Below the pieces are notes generated by a model that was not told the origin of the DNA, searched no databases, and saw only the letters and a list, made by a program, of their open reading frames with translations. DNA of 64,000 nucleotides. It comes from Alphaproteobacteria bacterium (GTDB lineage Bacteria > Pseudomonadota > Alphaproteobacteria > UBA9219). The position numbers and the translations under genes were made by a program. Position 1 is the first letter of the stretch, and each line of letters starts with the position of its first letter. This document shows positions 10,850 to 20,917 of the stretch, in pieces. Location: positions 25,915 through 89,914 of the forward strand of contig JAMFSS010000002.1 of assembly GCA_026225415.1 (NCBI GenBank), given 5' to 3'.

Positions 10850-12208
10850 ATGAAACCCATCCATATCATAGGCGGCGGCCTGGCAGGCAGCGAAGCCGCA
10901 TGGCAGATCGCGCAAGCGGGCATTCCCGTTATCTTGCACGAAATGCGCCCCATCCGCGGCACAGAGGCGCACCAAACAGATTCGCTGGCCGAACTGGTCT
11001 GCTCCAACTCCTTCCGCTCGGATGACAGCGACTATAACGCCGTCGGCCTGCTACATGATGAAATGCGGCGTTGTGGGTCGATCATCATGGCAGCGGCAGA
11101 TAAAAATCAGGTTCCGGCGGGTGGCGCCTTGGCTGTCGACCGCCACGGATTCTCTGCCGCCGTTACGGCGCAACTGGAATCTCATCCGCTTGTAACCCTC
11201 GCGCGGGAAGAAATCACCGCCCTGCCCGACGCTTCTGACGATATGGATAATGTCATTATCGCCACAGGGCCTTTGACATCCGGCGCGCTGGCGGAATCGA
11301 TCCGCGCCGCAACGGGCATAGAATCTTTGGCGTTCTTCGATGCCATCGCGCCCATCGTCTATCGCGAAAGCATCGATATGTCGAAAGCATGGATGCAATC
11401 GCGTTACGATAAAACCGGCCCCGGCGGCACAGGGTCGGATTATATCAATTGCGCGATGGATAAAGACCAGTATGAAAATTTTGTGCGTGAACTGATCGCG
11501 GCACCAAAAACCGATTTCAAAGAGTGGGAAAAGAACACGCCCTATTTTGATGGCTGCTTGCCAATTGAAATCATGGCCGAACGCGGCATCGATACCTTGC
11601 GCCACGGGCCTATGAAGCCGGTCGGTCTTACCAACCCGCATACCGCGCCGGTTGACGAGAACGGCAATAAAAAATTTCAACGCTCCCACGCTGTTGTTCA
11701 ATTGCGGCAGGATAACGCGCTTGGCACGCTCTATAATCTGGTCGGTTTTCAAACTAAGATGAAATATGCCGACCAAACCCGCGTCTTGCGCATGATCCCC
11801 GGGCTGGAAAACGCCGAATTTGCGCGTCTTGGCGGGCTGCACCGCAACACATTCCTCAACAGCCCGAAATTGCTGGACTCAGAATTGCGCCTGAAATCAC
11901 AGCCCCATTTACGCTTTGCTGGCCAAGTCACCGGCGTCGAAGGCTATGTGGAATCCACAGCTATGGGTTTGCTGGCGGGGCAATTCGCCGCTGCAGAGCG
12001 TAAAGGCACACTGCGAGGTCATCCAGCCCGTACCACGGCGATGGGTGCGTTGCTGGCGCATGTCACGGGCGAGGCCAATGCCGAAACCTTTCAACCAATG
12101 AATGTGAATTTCGGTTTGTTTCCGCTGGTCGATAGCGGCAAAGGCCGTGACCGCAAATTGCTTTATACCGAACGCGCGAAAAAAGATTTCAACGCTTGGC
12201 TTTCGTAA
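10850..12208 (+). CDS. trmFO: Folate/FAD-dependent tRNA (U54) methyltransferase
   Basis: [51 protein letters not shown]. Confidence 0.96.
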   Translation: MKPIHIIGGGLAGSEAAWQIAQAGIPVILHEMRPIRGTEAHQTDSLAELVCSNSFRSDDSDYNAVGLLHDEMRRCGSIIMAAADKNQVPAGGALAVDRHGFSAAVTAQLESHPLVTLAREEITALPDASDDMDNVIIATGPLTSGALAESIRAATGIESLAFFDAIAPIVYRESIDMSKAWMQSRYDKTGPGGTGSDYINCAMDKDQYENFVRELIAAPKTDFKEWEKNTPYFDGCLPIEIMAERGIDTLRHGPMKPVGLTNPHTAPVDENGNKKFQRSHAVVQLRQDNALGTLYNLVGFQTKMKYADQTRVLRMIPGLENAEFARLGGLHRNTFLNSPKLLDSELRLKSQPHLRFAGQVTGVEGYVESTAMGLLAGQFAAAERKGTLRGHPARTTAMGALLAHVTGEANAETFQPMNVNFGLFPLVDSGKGRDRKLLYTERAKKDFNAWLS

Positions 12209-13517
12209 AACGCAAAGCGGCATAATAAACCAACCCCGCCACGATAAACCCGATATAAGGGCCAATATCTACCCCGCCCACGGCATCGGACAACAGACCT
12301 GTATATAAAGTATTGGCCGAAAACAACCAAACCGACAAAACCGTAACCACCACAAAAATAATGCCGCCCATCGTAATGTTGGAAGGCACAACACGCCCTG
12401 CCCTACCCAACACAAACCAATGCACCAAAATAATTGCCGCCCAAGGCGCTATCCAATGCGCGAACAGGAACAGAAAATTTTCAAAAAATTCGATAAAGGA
12501 AGCGGATGCAAATAGACAAAGCCCATATCCCAAAACCGCGCCCACAATCGCCGATACGGGCCGCGATAATTTAAACCCCGCCGACATAAGGCTATATGCC
12601 GCCGAATTATCATTAACCGCATTAACGGGTATCGAATTAAACGCGACCAAAAACAAAACCACCGGCGCGAAAATGCCCGTCAAACCCTGCAACCCTTTCA
12701 TCACGCCTTCCGGTGTTTGTTCGGAGATGGCGGCCGCCGTCAAATACCCAAAGAACGACAAGACAAACAACGAAAGAAACAACGCACCGAACACGGCTAT
12801 AAACACTTTTTTGTGTGGCGTTTTTTGCGGCAAATAACGCGTGTAATCGCACGCATAAGGCGTAGATCCGACGTTAACGACGACAATCAAAAGAAAAGCC
12901 GATAAAATATCTTTGGCATTCGCACTTTTGTTGTCATTCAAAACAACACCTGTTTTGTGAATCGCAGTCAAACCGATCAACAGAAAAAATACACCAAGCA
13001 ATGCGCCAGTATATTTCGATGTGTCCTGTATCAAATGATGTCCGTAAATGCCGATAACCAACTGAATGCCTACCAATACGGCCAAAGAAACCCAGAACGG
13101 CGAAGAAACACCAAAGACGGCCAATAAAGAAACCAAAGCGGCGGCAGACAAAACATTATTGCTGACATCATACCCAACCGCGCCCATCCAGTTAAGAAAA
13201 GCGGAAAGTTTTTTCCCCACAAGACCCAGTGAAAGACGCCCGACCTCCATCTGCGAAAGCCGCATCATAGGGCCAATCATCGCCATGCTCGCAGGCAATA
13301 ACGACCCAACAATACTGCCCAGCAAAAGCACACACAAAGCAGGGTAAAACCCAATCCCCATCCCTGCAACCACAACGCCCATCAACCAGGTGGCAACGCC
13401 GATATTGCCGACAAAAAATACCCAAAAAGGTTTATCGGCGGCCAATGTTTGATCATGCGGGTCCACGCCATCCGTAATCAAGGAATGTTGCGTGTTTTCC
13501 ATGTGAAGCTTCGCCAT
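12189..13517 (-). CDS. NCS1 family purine-cytosine permease
   Basis: About 12 TM helices, [36 protein letters not shown]. Confidence 0.85.
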   Translation of the reverse strand: MAKLHMENTQHSLITDGVDPHDQTLAADKPFWVFFVGNIGVATWLMGVVVAGMGIGFYPALCVLLLGSIVGSLLPASMAMIGPMMRLSQMEVGRLSLGLVGKKLSAFLNWMGAVGYDVSNNVLSAAALVSLLAVFGVSSPFWVSLAVLVGIQLVIGIYGHHLIQDTSKYTGALLGVFFLLIGLTAIHKTGVVLNDNKSANAKDILSAFLLIVVVNVGSTPYACDYTRYLPQKTPHKKVFIAVFGALFLSLFVLSFFGYLTAAAISEQTPEGVMKGLQGLTGIFAPVVLFLVAFNSIPVNAVNDNSAAYSLMSAGFKLSRPVSAIVGAVLGYGLCLFASASFIEFFENFLFLFAHWIAPWAAIILVHWFVLGRAGRVVPSNITMGGIIFVVVTVLSVWLFSANTLYTGLLSDAVGGVDIGPYIGFIVAGLVYYAALRFTKAKR

Positions 13518-13522
13518 TCATC

Positions 13523-14377
13523 CTACTCCGCCGCCAAAGGCTCGGCCACATCGGCCTGCAAACCTGATGCAAATATCTGAAAAAACGCGGTCAAATCTTT
13601 TTGCAATCCGGCAAACCCGCTGTTTTTCTCTAAATTCGTTTCATCCATATACAATTTGCGGTTCATCTCCATCTGCAAAGCCTGCGCCCCACCACCCATG
13701 CCGCACATGCCATAGCGTTCGACAATTTCGCGGCCTTTGTACGGATTGTTCAACACAACGCGATACCCCATCGATTGCAAAATCTTCTTGGCGCGGTCGG
13801 TAATCTCGGGGGCGCAACTGGTGCCGTCACGGTCGCCCAGAATAAAATCGGGACGCGCCACGCCATTCACACCACGGTCGGGCATCGAATGGGCATTAAT
13901 CAAAAGACAGGAACCGAACTGCGCCAACCGCGCCATCACATGACTGCGCACACACGCATGATAAGGCCGATAATAAATATCCAGCCGCCGTTGAATTTCC
14001 GCCACCGTCAAAGGCGCGCGATACAAATCCAGCCCATTGCGGCACAACCGCCGTACCAAACCAAATCCCGCAATGGTTGCCGCATCGGGCGATAAAGGCA
14101 CAGGCCACACCCCGTCAATCGCACCCGCATCAATATCATTTTCCGCGCGGTTAACATCAATCATGCTGCGCGGAAATTCGGCACAGATAACTGTGGCGCC
14201 TGCCTCACACGCGCCCGAAACCAACTCATCCACATAACAATCCTCCGCCTGCCGCAACAAAGGCAATGGACAGGCATAGGCAAAATCAACCGGGTATATC
14301 CGCCCGCTATGCGGCGAATCCACCAACAAAGGCGAAAGTGTTTTCGGTTCAAGCAAAGTATAAGGAAGGAGAGCCAT
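13523..14377 (-). CDS. N-formylglutamate amidohydrolase family protein
   Basis: DSPHSGRIYP, EDCYVD, IDVNR, YYRPYH, HSMP, LGDRDG, QMEMNRKLY. Confidence 0.9.
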   Translation of the reverse strand: MALLPYTLLEPKTLSPLLVDSPHSGRIYPVDFAYACPLPLLRQAEDCYVDELVSGACEAGATVICAEFPRSMIDVNRAENDIDAGAIDGVWPVPLSPDAATIAGFGLVRRLCRNGLDLYRAPLTVAEIQRRLDIYYRPYHACVRSHVMARLAQFGSCLLINAHSMPDRGVNGVARPDFILGDRDGTSCAPEITDRAKKILQSMGYRVVLNNPYKGREIVERYGMCGMGGGAQALQMEMNRKLYMDETNLEKNSGFAGLQKDLTAFFQIFASGLQADVAEPLAAE

Positions 14378-14402
14378 GCCCCCACGATAACAGAGTTATC
14401 GC

Positions 14403-15701
14403 TTATGACAATGGGATGGCGGGCGGCCCGTGTTCATCGCGCTGGGTATAAATCGAATGGGGGCGTATGCGATGGGCAATATGGTGCCCAATCACACAGG
14501 CCAACATCAATGGCAACACAACCTGATAACTCAAGGTCATTTCAAAAATCATCAAAATGCACATCAATGGCGCATAAGTAACGGATGCCAAAAACGCCCC
14601 CATCCCCACCATCACATAGCCCGAAACAACCGTGTCGGAAAGTTCGGACATGCCCACCAACGCATGCCCATACAATGCGCCCAAGGCCGCACCCACAAAC
14701 AAAGTCGGCGTAAATACGCCGCCAACCGTGCCGGAACCGGATGATAATGACGTCGCCAAAACCTTAAACACCAAAAGAATAAGCAAAGCCTGCCATGTCC
14801 AATTCGTGTGCAAAATCGAATTCACAACGCTATACCCGTTGCCCCACACTTCGGGGATCCATACCGAAATCAACCCGACACCCAATCCACCCATCGCCAT
14901 ATTCAAAATCAAACTTTTTGACAGCGATAAAAAACTCTTGCGCGCCAGATCCAGAAACCACCGGAAGGCGGGTCCGGCAAAACCGCACACTACGCCAAGC
15001 GCCGCATAGGTAAAAACTTCCCAATTTTTATGAATGGAGAATGTGGGCATTTGATAGGCGGGCGCAAGGCCAAACAGCCAATGCGTCATCATGTTGGAAA
15101 TTACCGAAGACACAATCAACGGTCCCAAAATATCCTTGTCCAGCGAGCCAATCGCCAACTCGATAACAAAAATGGTTCCGGCAATGGGGGCGTTATAGGC
15201 GGCGGTAATCCCCGCCGTCGCGCCGCATGCCACCAGCAATTGAATCTGCTTTGGCGGCAATTTAAAATATTTGCCCAACAACGATCCGACCATTGCGGCC
15301 AATTGCACCATCGGCCCTTCGCGGCCAATCGATGCGCCGGTGCCAATCGAACAAAGCGACGAAAAAGATTTAATAACCGTTTGGCGAAACGGAATATCAC
15401 CGTCGCCAATCGTAATCGCTTCCAGATAATCATCCGACCCGCGCCGCGGCACCCATTTCAACCCAAACGTCAACAACGCCCCCGCCAAAGCCCCGCCCAG
15501 CATCGGCAAAACCAAGCGCACCCACCAGGGCATATCTTTGGCCAACGCGACCATGCCGACGGCCTCCGCATCAAGGCTGTGCCGCATAAAGGTAAAGGCC
15601 GATCGAAACAGCAAAGCGGAAAAAGACCCGCCCAACCCCACCAAAACGGCGAGGGCAAGCGAAGATATATTCTTGCCATTACGAAGGTCGGAGAAAGTCA
15701 T
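14403..15701 (-). CDS. CLC family chloride channel/antiporter (ClcB-like)
   Basis: SIGREGP, YNAPIAG, GGVFTPTLFVGA, SIY; start 15701-15734. Confidence 0.92.
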   Translation of the reverse strand: MTFSDLRNGKNISSLALAVLVGLGGSFSALLFRSAFTFMRHSLDAEAVGMVALAKDMPWWVRLVLPMLGGALAGALLTFGLKWVPRRGSDDYLEAITIGDGDIPFRQTVIKSFSSLCSIGTGASIGREGPMVQLAAMVGSLLGKYFKLPPKQIQLLVACGATAGITAAYNAPIAGTIFVIELAIGSLDKDILGPLIVSSVISNMMTHWLFGLAPAYQMPTFSIHKNWEVFTYAALGVVCGFAGPAFRWFLDLARKSFLSLSKSLILNMAMGGLGVGLISVWIPEVWGNGYSVVNSILHTNWTWQALLILLVFKVLATSLSSGSGTVGGVFTPTLFVGAALGALYGHALVGMSELSDTVVSGYVMVGMGAFLASVTYAPLMCILMIFEMTLSYQVVLPLMLACVIGHHIAHRIRPHSIYTQRDEHGPPAIPLS

Positions 15702-15784
15702 AACAATGCGGCTTTGAAAAAAGGTCGGGCGCAAAGCATAACACCGCCAATGCCAAAATCACGCGCCCATAACCGACATAATCG

Positions 15785-16267
15785 TTATTCCGCATGGCAG
15801 TGTTGCATTTCCGCCAGCGCATCATCATCCATCGCAGGCGGCAAGCCATTTTGCGCCAGAAACACGTTTTGAATCTCATAGGCCTGCGCCTCGCGCTGGC
15901 TGGTACACGCAAAATGCCGGTGTCCGCGATCCTGCGCGATATGTGTTAATTCATGCACAACAATCGCGCGGTATTTATCTTCCTGCAAATGCACAACGCT
16001 GCGCACCGGCAAATAAATTTTGCCCGCCACTTCAACACCGGCGGCGGCCAACACAATACCTTGCGTCCATACCGGTTTGTAATCCAGAATCTGCGACGAA
16101 TTATCGATAACGCCAATTTGTATGTCATTTGGTAAATTTACGCCCGTATGCGTCGAAACAAACGCGATCAATTCAGGCGACACGGGAAGGTTGAACATCG
16201 CCTGCTGCGCATAGGCAGAGCTACTGACCACAAGAAAAATGCCAAAAAGGATATAGCGATTAAACAT
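15785..16267 (-). CDS. Secreted hypothetical protein with zincin HExxH motif
   Basis: Signal peptide ending AYA; VHELTHIAQ followed by EAQAY. Confidence 0.7.
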   Translation of the reverse strand: MFNRYILFGIFLVVSSSAYAQQAMFNLPVSPELIAFVSTHTGVNLPNDIQIGVIDNSSQILDYKPVWTQGIVLAAAGVEVAGKIYLPVRSVVHLQEDKYRAIVVHELTHIAQDRGHRHFACTSQREAQAYEIQNVFLAQNGLPPAMDDDALAEMQHCHAE

Positions 16268-16435
16268 TTTAAATATTCAAAGTTATTTTAAAAAAAAGAT
16301 GCTGCGAGCCATGTTATAGAGCCTTTAGGCCGATCATTCAAACATTCGATAGTCTCAAAATTAACCTTTGCGCGGCTTTTAAACTGCCATAGACTGTCTC
16401 GAACAAAAAACAAAAAACAAAAAACAGAGGAATAA

Positions 16436-16954
16436 ATGACAGAAACAAGAAACGCAACCGCAAGCGATATCGACCCTATGATTGAGTTCATTTTTGCTCA
16501 CGGCAAAGTTTTCGACCTTAATGTCCTGCCCGAACCCGACACGCAAAATCATATCAAAGACATTGCAACCGGCAAAACCAAAGCCGTCATCGCCTATGAT
16601 GATACGCAAATGCTCGGTTTTGCGACCTATCATGAAACACGGGATTTTGCCCGCTATCAACTGACAGGCCGAGAGGATGAGCCTCAAGGCTATATTAATG
16701 AAGTCGTCGTCCACCAAAATCATTCTGGTAGAGGTATTGCCACATCACTTATGAAAGAGGCCACGAACAGATTATTCACAGAAGGCTATCGCGAAATCTA
16801 TGTATGGCGCCATGCCGATAACCAAGCTTCGGCCGGAATGATGCTTAAATCAGGATTTGAAATTATCGATACTTTCGACGACCCCAAAAATCGCTTGGTC
16901 GGATCTAGAAAAACAACCGTTTCAAGAAAAATGATGCATCCAACCTTGGGTTAG
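16436..16954 (+). CDS. GNAT family N-acetyltransferase
   Basis: VVVHQNHSGRGIATSLM motif A, NQAS...KSGF motif B; GAGG RBS. Confidence 0.88.
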   Translation: MTETRNATASDIDPMIEFIFAHGKVFDLNVLPEPDTQNHIKDIATGKTKAVIAYDDTQMLGFATYHETRDFARYQLTGREDEPQGYINEVVVHQNHSGRGIATSLMKEATNRLFTEGYREIYVWRHADNQASAGMMLKSGFEIIDTFDDPKNRLVGSRKTTVSRKMMHPTLG

Positions 16955-16975
16955 ATGCAAACTCCATTGTAAAAA

Positions 16976-17061
16976 TGGTGGAAGGGACAGGATTTGAACC
17001 TGTGTACTCTCTCGAGGGCAGATTTACAGTCTGCTGCCATTAACCACTCGGCCACCCTTCC
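16976..17061 (-). tRNA. tRNA-Tyr(GTA)
   Basis: GGAAGGGTGGCCGAGTGGTTAATGGC...CTGTAAA anticodon loop, long variable arm, GTTCAAATC, ends ACCA; TTGACA at 17101-17106 upstream. Confidence 0.96.
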
Positions 17062-17127
17062 ACAAAAACAGATGCGCAACTAACGGAATTTGCTTGTTTT
17101 TGTCAATGCTTTCCTTACTGTGCCTTC

Positions 17128-18156
17128 ATGAAAAACACAAAATCCTTTAGAACCGACCGTTCCCGCAACGCCCAAGGGGGAGATCGCCGCCCCGCAGCCA
17201 AGCCTGCCAGAGGCAAAGCCCCCTTGCGTGACGAAGAAAAACCACGTTTTGGCGATAAACCAAAATTCGGTGACAAGCCAAGATTCGGCGAGAAGCCGAA
17301 ATTCGGAGCCAAACCAAAATTTGGCGATAAATCAAAACCCGCTTTCCGCAAGCCTGATTTCAAAAAACCGTCCGGCAAGCCCGCGCCCGAACAACGCGAA
17401 GCATTTGTCGCTGCGCCTAACTCGGTTCTCATCTGGGGGCTGCACGCTGCCCGCGCGGCATGGCTCAACCCCAAACGCCGCATCACCCGCGCCTGGCTAA
17501 CCGAAGCCGGCAAAAAATCATTCGAAGCAACGCAAAACGAAGCGCATGAAGAATTGCTGAAACGCCCCGATGCGAAAATCACCGACCGCGACGCGTTGGA
17601 CAAAATGACGCCAAGCAATAGCGTGCATCAAGGCATCATCATCGAAACAACCGCCCTGCCCGAACCAACCTTGCATGACATCATCGGCAAAGACACGCCG
17701 CCCGATTTGATTTTAATGCTTGATCAGGTGACAGACCCGCATAATGTTGGCGCCATTTTGCGCTCCGCCGCCGCTTTTGGCGCGGGTGCCATTGTTATGA
17801 CCGAACGCAACGCGCCCACAACAACCGGCGTTTTGGCAAAATCGGCTTCGGGCGCACTCGAAGTCACCCCGATGATTCATGTCGTCAATCTGGCGCGCGC
17901 CATCGATGATCTGCGCGAGGCAGGTTACTGGTGCGTAGGCTTGGCCGAAGAAGGCGAGAAAAATCTGGCACAACTGGATATGTCAGGCCGCACCGTCATC
18001 ATCCTTGGCGCGGAAGGCGACGGTCTACGTCACCTCACCCGCCAGAAATGCGATGAACTCGCCCGCCTGCCAACCGGCGGAGCGATTGGCAGCCTGAATG
18101 TATCAAACGCCGCAGCGGTCGCGCTTTACGAAGTTCGCCGCCAAAGCAAGGTTTAA
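17128..18156 (+). CDS. rlmB: 23S rRNA (G2251-2'-O)-methyltransferase with basic N-terminal extension
   Basis: HQG, LDQVTDPHNVGAILRS, LGAEGDG, SLNVSNA SPOUT motifs; divergent from tRNA-Tyr. Confidence 0.93.
   Translation: MKNTKSFRTDRSRNAQGGDRRPAAKPARGKAPLRDEEKPRFGDKPKFGDKPRFGEKPKFGAKPKFGDKSKPAFRKPDFKKPSGKPAPEQREAFVAAPNSVLIWGLHAARAAWLNPKRRITRAWLTEAGKKSFEATQNEAHEELLKRPDAKITDRDALDKMTPSNSVHQGIIIETTALPEPTLHDIIGKDTPPDLILMLDQVTDPHNVGAILRSAAAFGAGAIVMTERNAPTTTGVLAKSASGALEVTPMIHVVNLARAIDDLREAGYWCVGLAEEGEKNLAQLDMSGRTVIILGAEGDGLRHLTRQKCDELARLPTGGAIGSLNVSNAAAVALYEVRRQSKV
17239..17328 (+). repeat. Coding tandem repeat, 5 x 18 bp, KP(R/K)FG(D/E/A)
   Basis: KPRFGD KPKFGD KPRFGE KPKFGA KPKFGD in the RlmB N-terminus. 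Confidence 0.9.
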
Positions 18157-18437
18157 CGCATGCCCAAATCGCTCAATTTCAACTCGCCGCTAACCACGGC
18201 TGTCAGGCGATTATAAACAGGTTCTTCCATGCCGCCTTTTGCCATGACAATAATGTCATCGCCAATTTGCGGGCGTCTGGCGGATTGAATTACGGATGTC
18301 AAATGCGCCACATCCATTTCCGAAGCCGTTGCCCAGATGAATAAAAGTTTTTCTTTGATGACCGCAGATTCCAAATCATTTGCCGCAGTCACTCGGTAGG
18401 TTATCGGCAAAATATCTTCCAAACTTGGCTCGCGCAT
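18153..18437 (-). CDS. Hypothetical protein (94 aa)
   Basis: AGAGGA RBS upstream; convergent overlap with the rlmB stop. Confidence 0.6.
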   Translation of the reverse strand: MREPSLEDILPITYRVTAANDLESAVIKEKLLFIWATASEMDVAHLTSVIQSARRPQIGDDIIVMAKGGMEEPVYNRLTAVVSGELKLSDLGMR

Positions 18438-18470
18438 AATGATGCTCTTCCTCTGTTAAAATATTTTTTA

Positions 18471-18638
18471 TTATTTCGGTGCCGGTGCTTTAGCGCGCGC
18501 TGGATAAAAAACGGTGCCTTTATTAAAAAAAACCGTATCTTTTTGTACTTCAATCCCTTCGCCAATCCCGTCGCGAACCTGCTTGCCGTCGGGATGAATG
18601 GATTGAAAACCGCGTGGTCTGCTGGGTGTATCGCTCAT
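18471..18638 (-). CDS. Small hypothetical protein (55 aa), absent from the ORF track
   Basis: Hand-translated MSDTPSRPRGFQSIHPDGKQVRDGIGEGIEVQKDTVFFNKGTVFYPARAKAPAPK*; ACAGGA RBS about 7 nt upstream; co-oriented with both neighbours. Confidence 0.5.
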   Translation of the reverse strand: MSDTPSRPRGFQSIHPDGKQVRDGIGEGIEVQKDTVFFNKGTVFYPARAKAPAPK

Positions 18639-18863
18639 AAAATATTCCTGTCGCTTTTAAATTTTGTGTTTTTGCTTTTTTGGGGTCTGGGGCGGAACGT
18701 AATCGTCGGGAACCAGACAAAAATATGTAAGGCCTAAGCCTTAATAATGGACTTAATGCTGATGCGTTTTTCGCTACGCGCTATGAAAGACCAATCGTTC
18801 ATAAAACCCATGTTATAAAAAATACCGGCTAAAGCAAGCGATAAATGCTAAAAGATTCCAGCG

Positions 18864-19163
18864 TTAGCTAACCAGCCGAAGCTTGGCTTGCTCAATATGC
18901 GATTTTAAAGGACGTTCAAGATTGCCCATCTTTTTGGCCGCCGCATCATTGGCGGCTAAATTTACAACGACATTGCTACCTTCCAGATCACCTGCGAAAC
19001 CACGGGAAGCGATCTCATCGGCCACGCGACGAATAAGCTTGGGATCATAATTCGGATTAGAGTCCGTCTTAATTTGCTGCGCAATCTCTGGCGCTTCAGG
19101 AACACCTCCCGCAGGCACTAAATAATGATACGGAAACATATCCGTAAATTTTAAATGGCTCAT
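18864..19163 (-). CDS. Hypothetical protein (99 aa)
   Basis: GGAG RBS before ATG 19163 (MSHLKF); the longer ORF overlaps xerC and is rejected. Confidence 0.6.
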   Translation of the reverse strand: MSHLKFTDMFPYHYLVPAGGVPEAPEIAQQIKTDSNPNYDPKLIRRVADEIASRGFAGDLEGSNVVVNLAANDAAAKKMGNLERPLKSHIEQAKLRLVS

Positions 19164-19263
19164 CGCTAATTCTCCAAACGCATAAAATCTCTTGTTCTGG
19201 CGAACTATAACGACACAACTGCCAAAAAACAATACTTTATTACAATTATTTGGTTTTAAAGCC

Positions 19264-20196
19264 TTATTTCGCCCGTGGATGCGCCGCGCGATAGGTATTG
19301 GCCAGCTGTTGCGCATCAACTTGGGTATAAAGCTGTGTGGTCGACAAAGAGCTATGCCCCAATAATTCCTGCAAACTGCGCAAATCGGCACCCGATGCCA
19401 GCAAATGCGTCGCAAAGCTGTGCCGCAAGGCATGGGGTGTCACGCTGTCGGGCAACCCCAATTGCCGCCGCAACCCACGCAAATTGCGTTGCGCCACGGC
19501 AGGGTTCAACGGCTCGCCCCTCACGCCGACAAAAATCCGCGACTCCGGTTTCAACGCATAAGGACACACGGCCAAATATTTTTCGACCACAGATTTTACG
19601 ATGGGTAATAACGGCACATTACGTTGCTTGTTACCTTTGCCCGTTACCGTAATACGCTCCTGTGCCACATCACCGCGCGTTATGCCCAAGGCCTCGCCGA
19701 TACGCAAACCGGCACCGTATAATAAGGTGAACAATGCCTCGTCGCGTAAAGCAGCCCATCCCTCTTCCTCGCCCGCCAGGGTCACAAGATTTTGTGCCTG
19801 TGCTTCGGTGACAGGGCGTGGCAAGCGGCGCGGATTTTTGGGAATTTTCAACAACTCAATCGCGGCATTATGCAATTCGCCGCTGCGGTCGCACCACCGA
19901 TAAAAATTACGCACACCGGCAACGGCACGCGCGCGTGAAGCCGCGCTTATATCACCCGCCGCATTATGCGCCAGCCACGCGCGAAAATCGGTCAGTGTCA
20001 ACGCAGCAAGCGTTTTCAGATTAACCTGAACGCCGCGATACTGCGTGATAAACCGGAACAGATTTTGAATGTCAAAGCTGTAAGACTCAACCGTCTTCGC
20101 TGCGACCCGTTTTTCATCACGCAACCACCCACGCCATTTCTCGAGGGCGTTTATAACGTCATCGGCAAGGGGAAGCTGGCTGTGGTCGCCGCCCAC
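19264..20196 (-). CDS. xerC: Tyrosine recombinase XerC
   Basis: LYGAGLRIGE, GKGNKQR, PHALRHSFATHLL, LLGH, TTQLY; in an operon with fsa. Confidence 0.93.
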   Translation of the reverse strand: MGGDHSQLPLADDVINALEKWRGWLRDEKRVAAKTVESYSFDIQNLFRFITQYRGVQVNLKTLAALTLTDFRAWLAHNAAGDISAASRARAVAGVRNFYRWCDRSGELHNAAIELLKIPKNPRRLPRPVTEAQAQNLVTLAGEEEGWAALRDEALFTLLYGAGLRIGEALGITRGDVAQERITVTGKGNKQRNVPLLPIVKSVVEKYLAVCPYALKPESRIFVGVRGEPLNPAVAQRNLRGLRRQLGLPDSVTPHALRHSFATHLLASGADLRSLQELLGHSSLSTTQLYTQVDAQQLANTYRAAHPRAK

Positions 20197-20199
20197 AGA

Positions 20200-20874
20200 T
20201 TACGCGGCCTTCGCCGGCAAAATCACCTGACCCGACTTCGCCCAATCCGTCACAAACTGCGCCAAACCCTTATCGGTCAAAGGATGCGCAAAAAGCTGGC
20301 GAATAACATTGGGTGGAATGGTGCAAACATGCGCGCCCATCAAACCAGCCTGCACGACATGTTGCGGGCTGCGCACCGATGCCACCAGAACTTCGGTCTT
20401 AAATTCGGGATATTGCGAATAAATCTGGCAAATATCGGAAATCAATTGCATGCCGTTTTCGCCGATATCATCCAAACGTCCGACGAAAGGCGAAACGAAA
20501 GTCGCACCGGCCTTGGCCGCCAAAATCGCCTGCGCCGCCGAAAAACATAATGTCACATTGACCATCGTGCCCTGCTCCGACAAATGCTTACACACTTTCA
20601 AACCGGCTGGCGTCAACGGCACTTTCACCGCAATATTTTTTGCCAGCTTGGACAGGAACAACCCTTCTTCCAGCATTTGCTCATATTCTGTCGCGCCGAC
20701 TTCCGCGCTGACAGGGCCTTCAACCAAACCGCAAATCTGCTTGATCAATTCGATAAAGTTGGGCGCGCCCGATTTTGCCACCAACGACGGGTTCGTCGTC
20801 ACCCCGTCCAGCAAACCTGTCGCGGCAAGGTCTTTGATGTCATTAATATCGGCGGTATCGACAAAAAATTTCAC
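20200..20874 (-). CDS. fsa: Transaldolase / fructose-6-phosphate aldolase family
   Basis: [21 protein letters not shown] (Schiff-base Lys), SPFVGRLDD. Confidence 0.93.
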   Translation of the reverse strand: MKFFVDTADINDIKDLAATGLLDGVTTNPSLVAKSGAPNFIELIKQICGLVEGPVSAEVGATEYEQMLEEGLFLSKLAKNIAVKVPLTPAGLKVCKHLSEQGTMVNVTLCFSAAQAILAAKAGATFVSPFVGRLDDIGENGMQLISDICQIYSQYPEFKTEVLVASVRSPQHVVQAGLMGAHVCTIPPNVIRQLFAHPLTDKGLAQFVTDWAKSGQVILPAKAA

Positions 20875-20917
20875 GTTTAGCTCCTGTTAATTTTGGTTAG
20901 CCGGTGTATCCTAGCGC

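Noticed and set aside
18741-18756. TTAA-N8-TTAA as a CtrA box
   Set aside because: Spacing is 8, not 7
19264-20196. Tyrosine recombinase as a phage or island integrase
   Set aside because: XerC length and motifs, in the usual priA/fsa context; no att repeats or cargo seen
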